A DNA stretch of 64,000 nucleotides. Source: Myxococcales bacterium (GTDB taxonomy: Bacteria > Myxococcota_A > Polyangia > Polyangiales > DASUME01). This document shows, in pieces, positions 1 through 11,283 of this stretch. How positions within the stretch are numbered: the stretch's first letter is position 1; every line of letters begins with the position of its first letter. The stretch lies in contig JASGJH010000001.1 of the NCBI GenBank assembly GCA_047601445.1, positions 2,528,001 through 2,592,000 on the forward strand. The letters are read 5' to 3'. Both the position numbers and the translations under genes were made by a program. The notes under the pieces are model-generated. The model ran no database searches. It was not told the DNA's origin and was given only the letters and a program-made list of their open reading frames with translations.

Positions 1-590
1 GCCGAGGACAACACCTGCTGGAAGCCCTGGGCATCCACGTCGATGGTGCGGGCCACGAAGGTCGCTCCGGCGCCGAGCGCCATGCTCACCGGATCGATCG
101 GGTAGTCGATGGAGCCCATGGGCGTGGACTTGGTCTTCTTGCCGAGCTCGGAGGTGGGCGAGTACTGGCCCTTGGTGAGGCCGTAGATGCGGTTGTTGAA
201 CAACATGTACTTGATGTCCACGTTGCGCCGCAGCACGTGCATGAAGTGGTTGCCGCCGATGGACAGCGCATCGCCGTCACCGGTGATGACCCACACGCTG
301 AGGTCGGGCCGCGCGGCCTTGATGCCGGTGGCGACCGCGGGTGCACGACCGTGGATGGTGTGCATGCCGAACGTGTTCATGTAGTAGGGGAAGCGGCTCG
401 AGCAGCCGATACCGCTCACGAACACGAAGTTCTCGCGCGGCACGCCGAGGCCCGGCAACGCGCGCTGCACGTTGGCCAGGATGGAGTAGTCACCGCAGCC
501 GGGGCACCAGCGCACGTCCTGGTCGGACTGGAAGTCCTTGAGCTTGAGCGTGCTCGGGTCGGTGTGTTGAACCAAAGGATAGATACTCAT
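1..590 (-). CDS. korB: 2-oxoacid:ferredoxin oxidoreductase beta subunit (partial, runs off the window start)
   Basis: Not in the ORF track. Hand translation from ATG at 590 gives MSIYPLVQ...VRWCPGCGDYSIL...SGIGCSSRFPYY...HGRA...GDGDALSIGGNH (TPP-binding motif). Lies directly downstream of the alpha subunit. Confidence 0.95.
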   Translation of the reverse strand, partial: MSIYPLVQHTDPSTLKLKDFQSDQDVRWCPGCGDYSILANVQRALPGLGVPRENFVFVSGIGCSSRFPYYMNTFGMHTIHGRAPAVATGIKAARPDLSVWVITGDGDALSIGGNHFMHVLRRNVDIKYMLFNNRIYGLTKGQYSPTSELGKKTKSTPMGSIDYPIDPVSMALGAGATFVARTIDVDAQGFQQVLSS

Positions 591-591
591 T

Positions 592-2436
592 TCAGTTCGC
601 CTCCGACTTGGCTTCGATCTGCGCCACGATGGCCTCGTAAATTTCGCTTTCCTTGAACGGCTTGCCCTGCATCTTGGTGTAGGAGCGGGCGTCGATCAGG
701 TACTTGGAGCGGAGCAGCATGCTGAGCTGCCCCAGGTTGAGCTCGGGCACCAGCACGCGGCGATACTTGCGCAGGATGCCCGCCAGATCGTTGGGCAGCG
801 GGTTGAGATTGCGCAGGTGCACCTGGCCAACCTTGAAGCCCTTGGCGCGCGCCTTCTTCACGCCGGCGCCGATGGCCCCGAAGGTGCCGCCCCAGCCGAC
901 CACCAGCACGTCACCCTGCTCGTCGCCGATGACCTCCGTGGGCGCATAACGCTCGGCGATCTTGGCGACCTTCTCGGCGCGCAAGCGCGACATGAAGTCG
1001 TGGTTCTCGGGCGAGTAGCTGACGTTGCCCGTGACGTTCTCCTTCTCGAGGCCGCCGATGCGGTGCTCGAGGCCCGGCGTGCCCGGGATGGCCCAGGGAC
1101 GCCCGAGGTGCTCATTGCGCTCGTAGGGCTTGTAGCTCGCGGGGTCGGTGTGGAACTTGACCTCGATCGGCTTGATCTTGGACATGTCCGGCACCTTCCA
1201 CGGCTCGGCGCCGTTGGCGATGTAGCCGTCGCTGAGCAGGATCACGGGGGTCATCGACTCGACCGCGATGCGAGCAGCTTCGATGGCCGCGTGGAAGCAG
1301 TCACCGGGTCCGCGCGGCGCGATGATGGGCAGCGGCGACTCACCGTTGCGTCCGTACATGGCCATCAGAAGGTCCGATTGCTCGGTCTTGGTGGGCAGGC
1401 CCGTGGAGGGACCACCGCGCTGCACGTCCACGATCACCAGCGGCAGCTCGTACATCAGCGCGAGGTTGATGGACTCGGCCTTGAGCAACATGCCCGGACC
1501 GCTCGTGGTGGTGAGTGCCAGCGAACCCGCGTAGGCCGCGCCCACCGCCGCCGCGACGGCAGCGATCTCGTCTTCTGCCTGGAACGTGCGCACGCCCATG
1601 TGCTTCATGCGGGAGAGCGCGTGCAGGATGTCGGAGGCCGGCGTGATGGGATAGCTGCCCAGGAACACGTCGAGTCCGCTGAGCTCACCGGCCGCCACCA
1701 GGCCGAGCGCGAGCGCTTCGTTGCCGGAGATGTTCTTGTAGAGGCCGGGCTCGATCTGAGCTTGATGGACCTCGTAGGTGTGCGCGAAGACCTCGACGGT
1801 CTCGCCGTAGTGGTAGCCCGCCTTGAGCGCACGGCGGTTCGACTCGGCCACCTCGGGCTTGCCGGGGAACTTGGCGTCGATCCACTTGAGCGTGTGCTCG
1901 AGGGAGCGGTTGTACATCCAGTACACGAGGCCGAGGGCGAAGAAGTTCTTGCAACGCACGGCGGCGCGCTGATTGAGGCCGAGCTCCTCGATGGCCTTCA
2001 GCGTGATGCCCGTGATGTCCACCTTGTGGACCTTGAAAGCGCTGAGCGAGCCGTCTTCGACCGGGTTCGTCTTGTAGCCGACGCGCGTGAGGTTCTTGTC
2101 CGTGAACTGATCGGTGTCGAGGATCAGCACGCCGCCCTTCTTGAGGTCGCGGATGTTGGCCTTGAGCGCGGCCGGATTCATCGCGATGAGCACGTCGGGC
2201 TCGTCGCCGGGCGTGAACACCTCTTGAGACGAGATGTGCACCTGGAAGCCGGAGACGCCGGCCAAGCTGCCCGCGGGGGCACGGATTTCGGCGGGGAAAT
2301 CGGGAAAGGTCGCGAGGTCGTTGCCGGCCAAAGCCGAGGTCTCGGTGAACTGCGTTCCGGTCAGCTGCATGCCGTCGCCGGAGTCGCCGGCGAAACGGAT
2401 GACGACGGATTCGACCGTCTCGGTTGCTGCTTGCAT
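592..2436 (-). CDS. korA: 2-oxoacid:acceptor oxidoreductase alpha subunit
   Basis: FAGDSGDGMQLTG, YPITPAS, QAEDEIAA, TTSGPG and QRGGPSTGLPT motifs. Confidence 0.95.
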   Translation of the reverse strand: MQAATETVESVVIRFAGDSGDGMQLTGTQFTETSALAGNDLATFPDFPAEIRAPAGSLAGVSGFQVHISSQEVFTPGDEPDVLIAMNPAALKANIRDLKKGGVLILDTDQFTDKNLTRVGYKTNPVEDGSLSAFKVHKVDITGITLKAIEELGLNQRAAVRCKNFFALGLVYWMYNRSLEHTLKWIDAKFPGKPEVAESNRRALKAGYHYGETVEVFAHTYEVHQAQIEPGLYKNISGNEALALGLVAAGELSGLDVFLGSYPITPASDILHALSRMKHMGVRTFQAEDEIAAVAAAVGAAYAGSLALTTTSGPGMLLKAESINLALMYELPLVIVDVQRGGPSTGLPTKTEQSDLLMAMYGRNGESPLPIIAPRGPGDCFHAAIEAARIAVESMTPVILLSDGYIANGAEPWKVPDMSKIKPIEVKFHTDPASYKPYERNEHLGRPWAIPGTPGLEHRIGGLEKENVTGNVSYSPENHDFMSRLRAEKVAKIAERYAPTEVIGDEQGDVLVVGWGGTFGAIGAGVKKARAKGFKVGQVHLRNLNPLPNDLAGILRKYRRVLVPELNLGQLSMLLRSKYLIDARSYTKMQGKPFKESEIYEAIVAQIEAKSEAN

Positions 2437-2968
2437 CGCTTCCTCTTCTTCTCGTTCTTCGAAAGCCAGAGCCGAGCCATGGGGGCAGGCTGGGCTCCAA
2501 AAAGGCGGGGTGGTCTAGCGCAGGATGCGGAGGTTTCACCCGCAAACAAAATGCCGCGGAAGACCGCTAAAATCGTTTCCTCGTGCTGGTTTCCAGATCG
2601 TCGGTCACCCCGCGGGCGGCTGGCGAAGACGGCCGGCGCGGACTCCCGATGTTACTGGGCAGAAACTATGGGGTACCAGCGCGGGCTTGTCATATATGAG
2701 TTCCTTATCGGGAATATGATAAAAGATTATTTCTTAGTATTCTTGCGATGTTAGCGCTGGATCAGGCAGATTTTTTCTCGCCGCAGGAACGCTCCGATGG
2801 CCGCCGCTTGTTCCTGGGCGCCCCGCGGTTCTCCCACTCGCTCATGGGTCCTCGAGAAGGGTCGCGCTCGGCCCGCAGCCACCGCCTCAAAACACCCGCC
2901 AGATCGACGCAAACAAACTGGACACAGCGCCCGCGCCGCGACAGGGTCGCGCCCACTACTTGGAACGC

Positions 2969-3862
2969 ATGAAGCACTGGCTTGGCATTCTCACCCTTCT
3001 CCTCGCATGGCTCGGCTCGCAGGTCTCTGGCGCGCACGCGCAGGAAGAGATCTCCTGCGAAGGTCCGCTGCAAGGGGACGAGCTGCGCTTCCCGAACGCA
3101 CGGGTAGCGCCGCGCACGCTCGCCGACCTCGCGGCGGTGCCAGCCAGCGTAGTCGCCTGGGACGGCGGCGACTGGGCACGCTTCGGAGCCATCATGGCGC
3201 CCACCGTGGCCCTGATGGTGCCCGCCAACCCGTCCCTCGACGTGCGCTTCCAGGACTGGCTCGCGAAGCGCGAGAGACCGAGCCTCGACCGGCTCTTCGT
3301 CAAGATCAAGACCGTCCCCGAAGGCGTCGCGCTCGGTGTGTACGGGGCGATCATTTTCTCGGCCGCCTACGTGCGCAACGACAAGCGCCTGTTCGAGTAC
3401 GGCACGCTGGCGCTGGAGGCCCTGGGAATCCAGCAGTTCTATCACATCACCACCAAGCTCCTGCTCGGCCGTGAGAGCCCCTATCAAGGCAACGGCCAGG
3501 GCGACATCCACGGGCCGACGGTGTTCTCCTTCCCGGGTGGCACGCCCTCGGGACACGCTTCGACTGCGTTCGCGATGCTCGCAGTGCTGGCGGAGTACTG
3601 GAACGCCTGGCCGCTCTACGTGCTGGCGGGCGTGGGCGGCGTCTATGTGAGCTCGGCGCTGCTCTACGAGAAGCAGCACTTCTTGTCCGACGTCGTGATC
3701 GGCGCAGGCATGGGCTGGTACATCGGGCGCTGGATCGTGCGCCATCGCTCCTCACGCTATCGCTGCCGGGCCAAGACGGACCAAGCCTGGTATCAAAAGG
3801 TCATGTGGCTGCCCATGGCCAGCTCGTCGGGCCTCGGTCTCGGCGTCTCGTATCGATATTGA
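2969..3862 (+). CDS. PAP2-family phosphatase-like membrane/secreted protein
   Basis: Signal peptide MKHWLGILTLLLAW; K..GRESP, PSGH and HFLSDV motifs. ATG 2969 preferred over the track start at 2960. Confidence 0.8.
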   Translation: MKHWLGILTLLLAWLGSQVSGAHAQEEISCEGPLQGDELRFPNARVAPRTLADLAAVPASVVAWDGGDWARFGAIMAPTVALMVPANPSLDVRFQDWLAKRERPSLDRLFVKIKTVPEGVALGVYGAIIFSAAYVRNDKRLFEYGTLALEALGIQQFYHITTKLLLGRESPYQGNGQGDIHGPTVFSFPGGTPSGHASTAFAMLAVLAEYWNAWPLYVLAGVGGVYVSSALLYEKQHFLSDVVIGAGMGWYIGRWIVRHRSSRYRCRAKTDQAWYQKVMWLPMASSSGLGLGVSYRY

Positions 3863-3872
3863 AGGAGTCTGC

Positions 3873-4757
3873 GTGCTACGGACTTGCTCGGCCATCGCGG
3901 TGGTGATCTTGGGGCTCTCGCTCGTGCGCGGGCCCGCGGTAGCCAGCGAGGGTCTTAAGCTGGACGAGCCTGCCCTGGCGGCAGTCGATCGCTTCGAAAG
4001 CGTGTGGAACGCGGCCAAGTCGGCCACCTACCGCATCATCAAGGTGGAGCGCTTGCGCAAGGGCAAGGTGGTCACCGAGGAGCTCGCGATCAAGCTGCGC
4101 AAGCCCGGCAACGTGTACGTGCGCATGGTGAGTCCGATCGAGGGCCGTGAGATCATCTACGACCGCGTAAAGAGCCCCAGGAAGCTCACCGTGCACAACG
4201 GCGCCTTCCCGGACCTCACGCTGAACCTCGACGTGCGAGGCATGCTGGCCACCCACGACCAGCACCACACCATCGAGTCACTCGGCTTCGATCAGGCGGT
4301 GCAGATCTTCAAGACGGCGCTGGCAGCGGCCAAGAAGGAGCCGCACGGGGAGTACCTGCAGTACGCGGGAGAGCGCAGCCTGAATGGGCGCCCGGTAGAC
4401 TACGTGATCATGAACTCGGGCAAGCGCCCGGCGCGCGAAGAGGTCGCACAGGCCGACGAGTCGTTGTTCGCGTTCGCGGAGCGCGTGGGCATGGACGCCT
4501 ACGTGATCTACATGGCGAACCCGCAGATTCGCTCGATCACCAGTGAGCTCGAAGAGGGCGAGTCCTACGTGGTGCCGGCCTACTACGCGCAGCGCTGCGA
4601 CTCGTGGTTCGACAAGGCCACTGGCATGCCGCTCAAGCAGGCGATGTACGACGCCAAGGGCACCCTCTACGAGAGCTACGAGCATCGGGACATCCAGCTC
4701 GACGCCAAGCTCAGCGATGCCGACTTCGACGTGAAGAACCCGGCCTACGGCTTCTAG
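3873..4757 (+). CDS. Secreted DUF1571/LolA-like fold protein with LysM-like insert
   Basis: Signal peptide; LolA/DUF1571-like ending (LYESYEHRDIQLDAKLSDADFDVKNPAYGF); internal ESLFAFAERVGMDAYVIYMANP...EGESYVVP resembles LysM. Confidence 0.6.
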   Translation: MLRTCSAIAVVILGLSLVRGPAVASEGLKLDEPALAAVDRFESVWNAAKSATYRIIKVERLRKGKVVTEELAIKLRKPGNVYVRMVSPIEGREIIYDRVKSPRKLTVHNGAFPDLTLNLDVRGMLATHDQHHTIESLGFDQAVQIFKTALAAAKKEPHGEYLQYAGERSLNGRPVDYVIMNSGKRPAREEVAQADESLFAFAERVGMDAYVIYMANPQIRSITSELEEGESYVVPAYYAQRCDSWFDKATGMPLKQAMYDAKGTLYESYEHRDIQLDAKLSDADFDVKNPAYGF

Positions 4758-5017
4758 GACTGTGCCGCGGCATCCGCGCCAGCGTCGCTCGGCGTACCCG
4801 CATCCGACGGCACGGCGGCGTCGGGCTGCGTGTGACCCGCATCCACCGGCTGCGTGACCGGTGGCACCGGCGGCGTGGCCCCGGGCTCCTGCCAGCTGGG
4901 CGCCGCGCGCTTCACGCCCTTATCGTCAGGCTGGTCTTCGATGGCCGTGTCGTCGGCGCAGGCGCTGACGCAGAAAAAAGCAGCCAAAAGAGCGGCGAAC
5001 ATGGACCCACGCGACAT
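4754..5017 (-). CDS. Small lipoprotein, unknown function
   Basis: Lipobox-like CVSAC; Pro/Asp-Ala-Gly-rich tail. Confidence 0.55.
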   Translation of the reverse strand: MSRGSMFAALLAAFFCVSACADDTAIEDQPDDKGVKRAAPSWQEPGATPPVPPVTQPVDAGHTQPDAAVPSDAGTPSDAGADAAAQS

Positions 5018-5173
5018 GGGCCGCAGTGTAAAGGCAGCCCGCGTCGAGGGCTAGGGGGTCGAGGGCCCAGGGCGGACGCGAGAATGCCCGCGCTGGCGTG
5101 GGCGGTCTCACGGACCGACCTGCGCCGAACACGGGCACTCGGGTTCGTCACCGGCCCGCCTGGGCCAGTGGGC

Positions 5174-7009
<1,836 letters not shown>

Positions 7010-7165
7010 CGCCTTCTCCTGAGTCACCGCCGGCAGCGAGTGGGCTGCGGCTGAACGCTGATTCACTTACTAAACCCCGCTCACGGCCATGTCCAAGAGC
7101 TGCTTCCCCGAATGTATTCAGGAAACGGGATACTTTCGCGTGCGGGTACGCGCGCTCGTAGGGAA

Positions 7166-7179
7166 CGAACGATCGTTCG
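7166..7179. promoter_or_regulatory. Perfect 14-bp palindrome CGAACGATCGTTCG, putative TetR-family operator
   Basis: In the divergent acyl-CoA dehydrogenase/argS intergenic region; a second imperfect palindrome TGAACGCTGATTCA lies near 7052. Confidence 0.45.
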
Positions 7180-7305
7180 CTTAGTATCCATGCCGCAGGG
7201 CGAGAAGCAATGCGCAAAGAGCCTGATTCTCGGATCTTTCGTGTTTCCGCGAGCCCAGGCAGGAGCCGCCTCCACGGAGTCGCACGTGCTAAGGGGTCGC
7301 CCACG

Positions 7306-9057
7306 ATGCGCATCGAACGTTTTCTCGAGGAGTTAGGCCGCGCGGCCCTGAAAAAGGCCCTGGACGCGGAGGCTCCGGCGGCCCTACGGCCGACCACGGA
7401 TCCGAAGCACGGGGACTACCAGGTCAATGGTGTCCTGCCTCTCGCCAAGCAGCTCAAGCGCAATCCGCGCGAGCTGGCCGAGGCGGTGGCCGAGGTGCTT
7501 CGCCAGGAGCCCGCCATCGCCAGCGCCGAGGTGGCCGGCCCGGGCTTCGTGAACCTGCGCCTGTCCGATGCGTGGCTCGCTGCGAGCCTGGACACCGCCC
7601 TGCTGGACCAGGCCCGCGATGGCGTGCCGGCAGCAGAGACGCCCGAGCGCGTGGTGGTGGACTTCTCGGGTCCCAACATCGCCAAGCAAATGCACGTGGG
7701 TCACCTGCGCTCGACCATCATCGGCGACGCCTTGGTGCGCATCCTGCGCTTCCTCGGTCACGACGTGATCGGCGACAACCACCTGGGTGACTGGGGCACC
7801 CAGTTCGGGCTGTTGATCGTGGGCATGCGCGAGTTCGGTGACCAGCAGGCGCTGACGCGCGAGCCCATCGTGGAGCTCGAGCGCGTGTACAAGCAGGCCA
7901 GCGAGCGCGCCAAGTCCGATGATGCGTTCGCCACGGCAGCACGCGCGGAGCTGGCCAAGCTGCAGAACGGCGACGCGCAGAACACGGCGCTATGGCAGCA
8001 GTTCGTCGCGGTGACCAAGCGCGAGCTCGACAAGGTGTACGAGCGCCTCGATGTGCGCTTCGACACCTGGTACGGCGAGAGCTTCTACAACCCGATGCTG
8101 GCGGGCGTGGTCGAGCTGCTGAAGCAGAAGCAGCTCGTGCGCGAGGACCAGGGCGCGCTGTGCGTGTTCTTCAACGAGCTCGAGCAGGCGCCGCAGGAGC
8201 TGCGCAAGCAGAAGGAGCCGCTGATCGTCCAGAAGCAAGACGGCGCGTTCCTGTACAGCACCACCGACCTGGCCACGCTGCAGTATCGGCACGACCAGCA
8301 GGCGGCCAAGCGCGCCATCTACGTGGTGGACATGCGGCAGTCGCTCCACTTCAAGCAGGTCTTCGCAGTGTCGCAGCTGCTCGGCTTCGGCGACATGCGT
8401 ACCGAGCACCTCGGCTTCGGCAGCGTGCTGGGAAAAGACGGGAAGCCCCTCAAGACGCGTGACGCGCACGGTAAGGCCATCACGTTGGCGTCCTTGCTCG
8501 ACGAGGCCGAGGAGCGCGCGCTCGCGCGCCTGCAGGAGGGCAAAGCCGAGGGCAAGATTACCCTGACCGACGACGAACTCCCCTCAGTCGCACGCGCCGT
8601 GGGCATCGGCGCCGTGAAGTATGCTGACCTGCACCAGAACCGCGGCAGCGACTATCAATTCGACTTCGACAAGATGATCACGTTCCAGGGCAACGCGGGG
8701 CCCTACCTGCAGTACGTCTACGCGCGCGTGCAGGGCATCTTCCGCAGGGGAGGCGTCGCGCCCGAGCAGCTGCGCGGACCGATTGTTCTCGAGGTGCCGG
8801 AGGAGCGAGCCCTGGCGCGCGTGCTCGCGCGCTTCCCGGAGATCATCCATCAGGCCAGCGAGAGCGGGTTGCCCCATCTGATCACGGATCATCTGTATGA
8901 GCTGGCCAGGGCGTACAACACGTTCTTCGAGGCCTGCCCGGTGCTCAAGGCCGAGGGCTCGGTCCTTGCGAGCCGCCTCGCGCTCTGTGCACTCACGGGT
9001 CGCCAGATGAAACGGGGCTTGTCACTTCTGGGCATCCAGGCCGTCGACCGAATGTGA
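7306..9057 (+). CDS. argS: Arginine--tRNA ligase
   Basis: HGDYQVN, AGPGFVN, PNIAKQMHVGHLRSTIIGD (HIGH-like), GDWGTQFG, GNAGPYLQY; ends in VDRM. Confidence 0.97.
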   Translation: MRIERFLEELGRAALKKALDAEAPAALRPTTDPKHGDYQVNGVLPLAKQLKRNPRELAEAVAEVLRQEPAIASAEVAGPGFVNLRLSDAWLAASLDTALLDQARDGVPAAETPERVVVDFSGPNIAKQMHVGHLRSTIIGDALVRILRFLGHDVIGDNHLGDWGTQFGLLIVGMREFGDQQALTREPIVELERVYKQASERAKSDDAFATAARAELAKLQNGDAQNTALWQQFVAVTKRELDKVYERLDVRFDTWYGESFYNPMLAGVVELLKQKQLVREDQGALCVFFNELEQAPQELRKQKEPLIVQKQDGAFLYSTTDLATLQYRHDQQAAKRAIYVVDMRQSLHFKQVFAVSQLLGFGDMRTEHLGFGSVLGKDGKPLKTRDAHGKAITLASLLDEAEERALARLQEGKAEGKITLTDDELPSVARAVGIGAVKYADLHQNRGSDYQFDFDKMITFQGNAGPYLQYVYARVQGIFRRGGVAPEQLRGPIVLEVPEERALARVLARFPEIIHQASESGLPHLITDHLYELARAYNTFFEACPVLKAEGSVLASRLALCALTGRQMKRGLSLLGIQAVDRM

Positions 9058-9103
9058 GCCGGCCTGCATCTGCCCGTGCGCCCCTGTGCTAGAACTCGGG
9101 GCG

Positions 9104-10174
9104 ATGCTGCGCGGCTCGGTGGATCGCGTTTCCCTCCAGGGGAAGGCGCTCGAAGGCAATGCGCTCGGCGATCCTGCCGAGCGTGAGCTCATCGTGTATC
9201 TGCCGCCCTCGTACCATCGAGAACAAGGCCGCGCGTACCCGTGGTTGATGGTGCTGACGGGCTACGCATCGACCAACGCCGCGCTGCTGAACTTCAAGCC
9301 TTGGGAGCCGAACTTCCTCGAGCGCTACGAGCGCCTGTTGGCCGCGGGTTGTCCGGAGGCCATCCTGGTGCTGCCCGATTGCTTCACGCGCTGGGGCGGT
9401 AGCCAGTACATCGACTCCGCGAGCCTCGGGGACTACCAGCGCTACCTCGCGGACGACGTGCTGTCCTTCGTGGAATCCACTTACCGCACGGCGGGGCGGC
9501 GCGAGGCGCGTGGCATCGTGGGCAAGTCCTCGGGCGGCTTCGGCGCGCTCCGCATGGGCATCGACCGCCCCGAGTCGTTCGCGGTGATCGGAAGCCATGC
9601 GGGGGACTGCGCCTTCGAGCTCACCCTGCGCGGACGCTTTGCCGAGGTGCTGCCGGTGTACGAGCGACACGGCGGGCCGGCAGGGTTCGCACGCTTTTTG
9701 GAGCAGCAGGGCGCGCCCCGCTCGCAAGCCGAGTTCCACGCGGTGGAGATGCTCGCCCTGGCGGCAGCCTACGCGCCGCTCGCAGACCCCGGCCACGTGG
9801 ACGGCGAGCGCGAGCGCGCGCTCCCGCTGGGAGAGTTGCCGGTGGACCCCTATACCGCCCAGATCCACCCGGAAAAGTGGCAACGCTGGCTGGCTCACGA
9901 CCCCCTCGTGCGCGCTGAAAAGCAGCCAAACGCCCTGAAAAACGCCCGCCTGGTTTTTCTCGACGCCGGCAAATCCGACGAGTATGGTTTGCAGTTTGGA
10001 GCCCGTATGTTGGCTCAGCGCCTCATCAATTCGGGGGTGAAGGTGCAGCACGAAGAGTTCGAGGGGGGCCACATGGGAACCGCCTTTCGCTACGACGCAT
10101 CCCTCCCGATCCTCCTCGCGGCGCTAGACTCCGCGTCGGTTCCTCGCACGCCCTCGCGTAATCGCCCCTTATGA
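9104..10174 (+). CDS. Putative esterase (alpha/beta hydrolase)
   Basis: VYLPPSY, GKSSGG nucleophile elbow, DAGKSDEY, FEGGH. Alternative GTG start at 9086. Confidence 0.85.
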   Translation: MLRGSVDRVSLQGKALEGNALGDPAERELIVYLPPSYHREQGRAYPWLMVLTGYASTNAALLNFKPWEPNFLERYERLLAAGCPEAILVLPDCFTRWGGSQYIDSASLGDYQRYLADDVLSFVESTYRTAGRREARGIVGKSSGGFGALRMGIDRPESFAVIGSHAGDCAFELTLRGRFAEVLPVYERHGGPAGFARFLEQQGAPRSQAEFHAVEMLALAAAYAPLADPGHVDGERERALPLGELPVDPYTAQIHPEKWQRWLAHDPLVRAEKQPNALKNARLVFLDAGKSDEYGLQFGARMLAQRLINSGVKVQHEEFEGGHMGTAFRYDASLPILLAALDSASVPRTPSRNRPL

Positions 10175-11025
10175 CCCCGACCAAAGCCACAAAGAAGCCT
10201 TCCCCAGTGCCGACGAACGGGGTCGCAGCCGACAAGAAGCAGCCCACGAAGCGTCCCTCGAACCCGGACCCGAGCAAGCCAGTGGCGGCTCCGGCTCCTT
10301 CTGCGGCTGTCGAAGCGCGAAGCGATTCGGTGGTCCCGGCCGCTGCCAAGCCCGAGCCCGGCCCTGCGTCGGTGCCGCCGGGCGCGCCGGCTTCGGATGC
10401 CAGCAAGCTCGAGCCCAAGAAAGACAAGACCCCGAGCCCCGCGCTCACGCTGGCGCTGGAGCTGATCGCGGCCAACGACAGCCAGGGCGTGCTGCGGAAC
10501 CTGGCGAGCCTCGAAGACGAGCGCGAAGCGCCGGCGAATCAGGCCGCGCGTCTGGTGCAAGAGCTGGCCGAGCACAAGCCCGAGCTGTTGGTCCCGCTCA
10601 TCGAGCGCTTCTCGCGCCTCCTGGTGTCCAAGAACAAGCGGGTGGCCGGCAGCGCCGCGGCGGCCCTCCCTCCCCTGTCGCGCATCGCCCCCGCCAAGGT
10701 GGCCAAGCAGCTGCCCCTGCTCACGCAGAACTGGGAAGACACCACGGAAGAGGGCAAGGACGGACTGGTGCGTACCTTTGCCGGACTGTGTACGGCATCG
10801 GTGGCCTATCAAAAGCGTCTCGAGCCCGCCCTGGCGAGGGCCCTGGGCGAGGCGGACCCCAAGCTGCTCATCCGCTGGACCGAGATCGTGCTGCCGGCCC
10901 TCAAAGGCGAGCCCCATGCGCGAGCCCGCGCCGTGGTGGAGGAACGCCTGCCGAACATCCCGCGCCCGCAGGCCCAGAAGATCGCCGACTTCCTCGGCAT
11001 CAAGCTGCGCCCGCTGGTCAGGTGA
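10171..11025 (+). CDS. Hypothetical protein, Pro/Ala/Lys-rich N-terminus plus HEAT/ARM-like helical domain
   Basis: ATGA overlap with the esterase; typical codon usage; amphipathic helical repeats. Confidence 0.7.
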   Translation: MTPTKATKKPSPVPTNGVAADKKQPTKRPSNPDPSKPVAAPAPSAAVEARSDSVVPAAAKPEPGPASVPPGAPASDASKLEPKKDKTPSPALTLALELIAANDSQGVLRNLASLEDEREAPANQAARLVQELAEHKPELLVPLIERFSRLLVSKNKRVAGSAAAALPPLSRIAPAKVAKQLPLLTQNWEDTTEEGKDGLVRTFAGLCTASVAYQKRLEPALARALGEADPKLLIRWTEIVLPALKGEPHARARAVVEERLPNIPRPQAQKIADFLGIKLRPLVR

Positions 11026-11077
11026 CGTTTTTTGACGGGGAGGTCACGCGACCTCCCCGACCGCGACGCTACGACTA

Positions 11078-11239
11078 GACGCTCACGCACACCGTCGCTG
11101 TCGCGGTCAAAGTCGTCGTCAAAGACCACCACCACGCTCGCGATCAACCCTTGGTGCGCGACCTGAAGCCTGCCCGTCAACCTTGACCCGGTCGGCGACG
11201 TGGACTTTGACTTGAACGGCGACGGCGTGCGTGAGTGTC
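11078..11239. repeat. Imperfect 37-bp inverted repeat between convergent genes
   Basis: 11078-11114 versus the reverse complement of 11203-11239 match at 30/37 positions; a 9-bp stem GGGGAGGTC-ACGC-GACCTCCCC lies at 11037-11058. Confidence 0.7.
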
Positions 11240-11283
11240 TCGTCATGCGCGTGCGCGACGCTGGGAAAGCTCACCGGGGCCGC

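Noticed and set aside
817..2754. Long antisense ORFs (this one, and 4604-7054, 24705-26660, 32263-34425 and others)
   Set aside because: Shadow frames of real high-GC genes on the opposite strand; no recognisable motifs.
11028..11058. Intrinsic terminator
   Set aside because: A hairpin is present, but the T-run precedes it on the plus strand; no U-tract follows on either strand.
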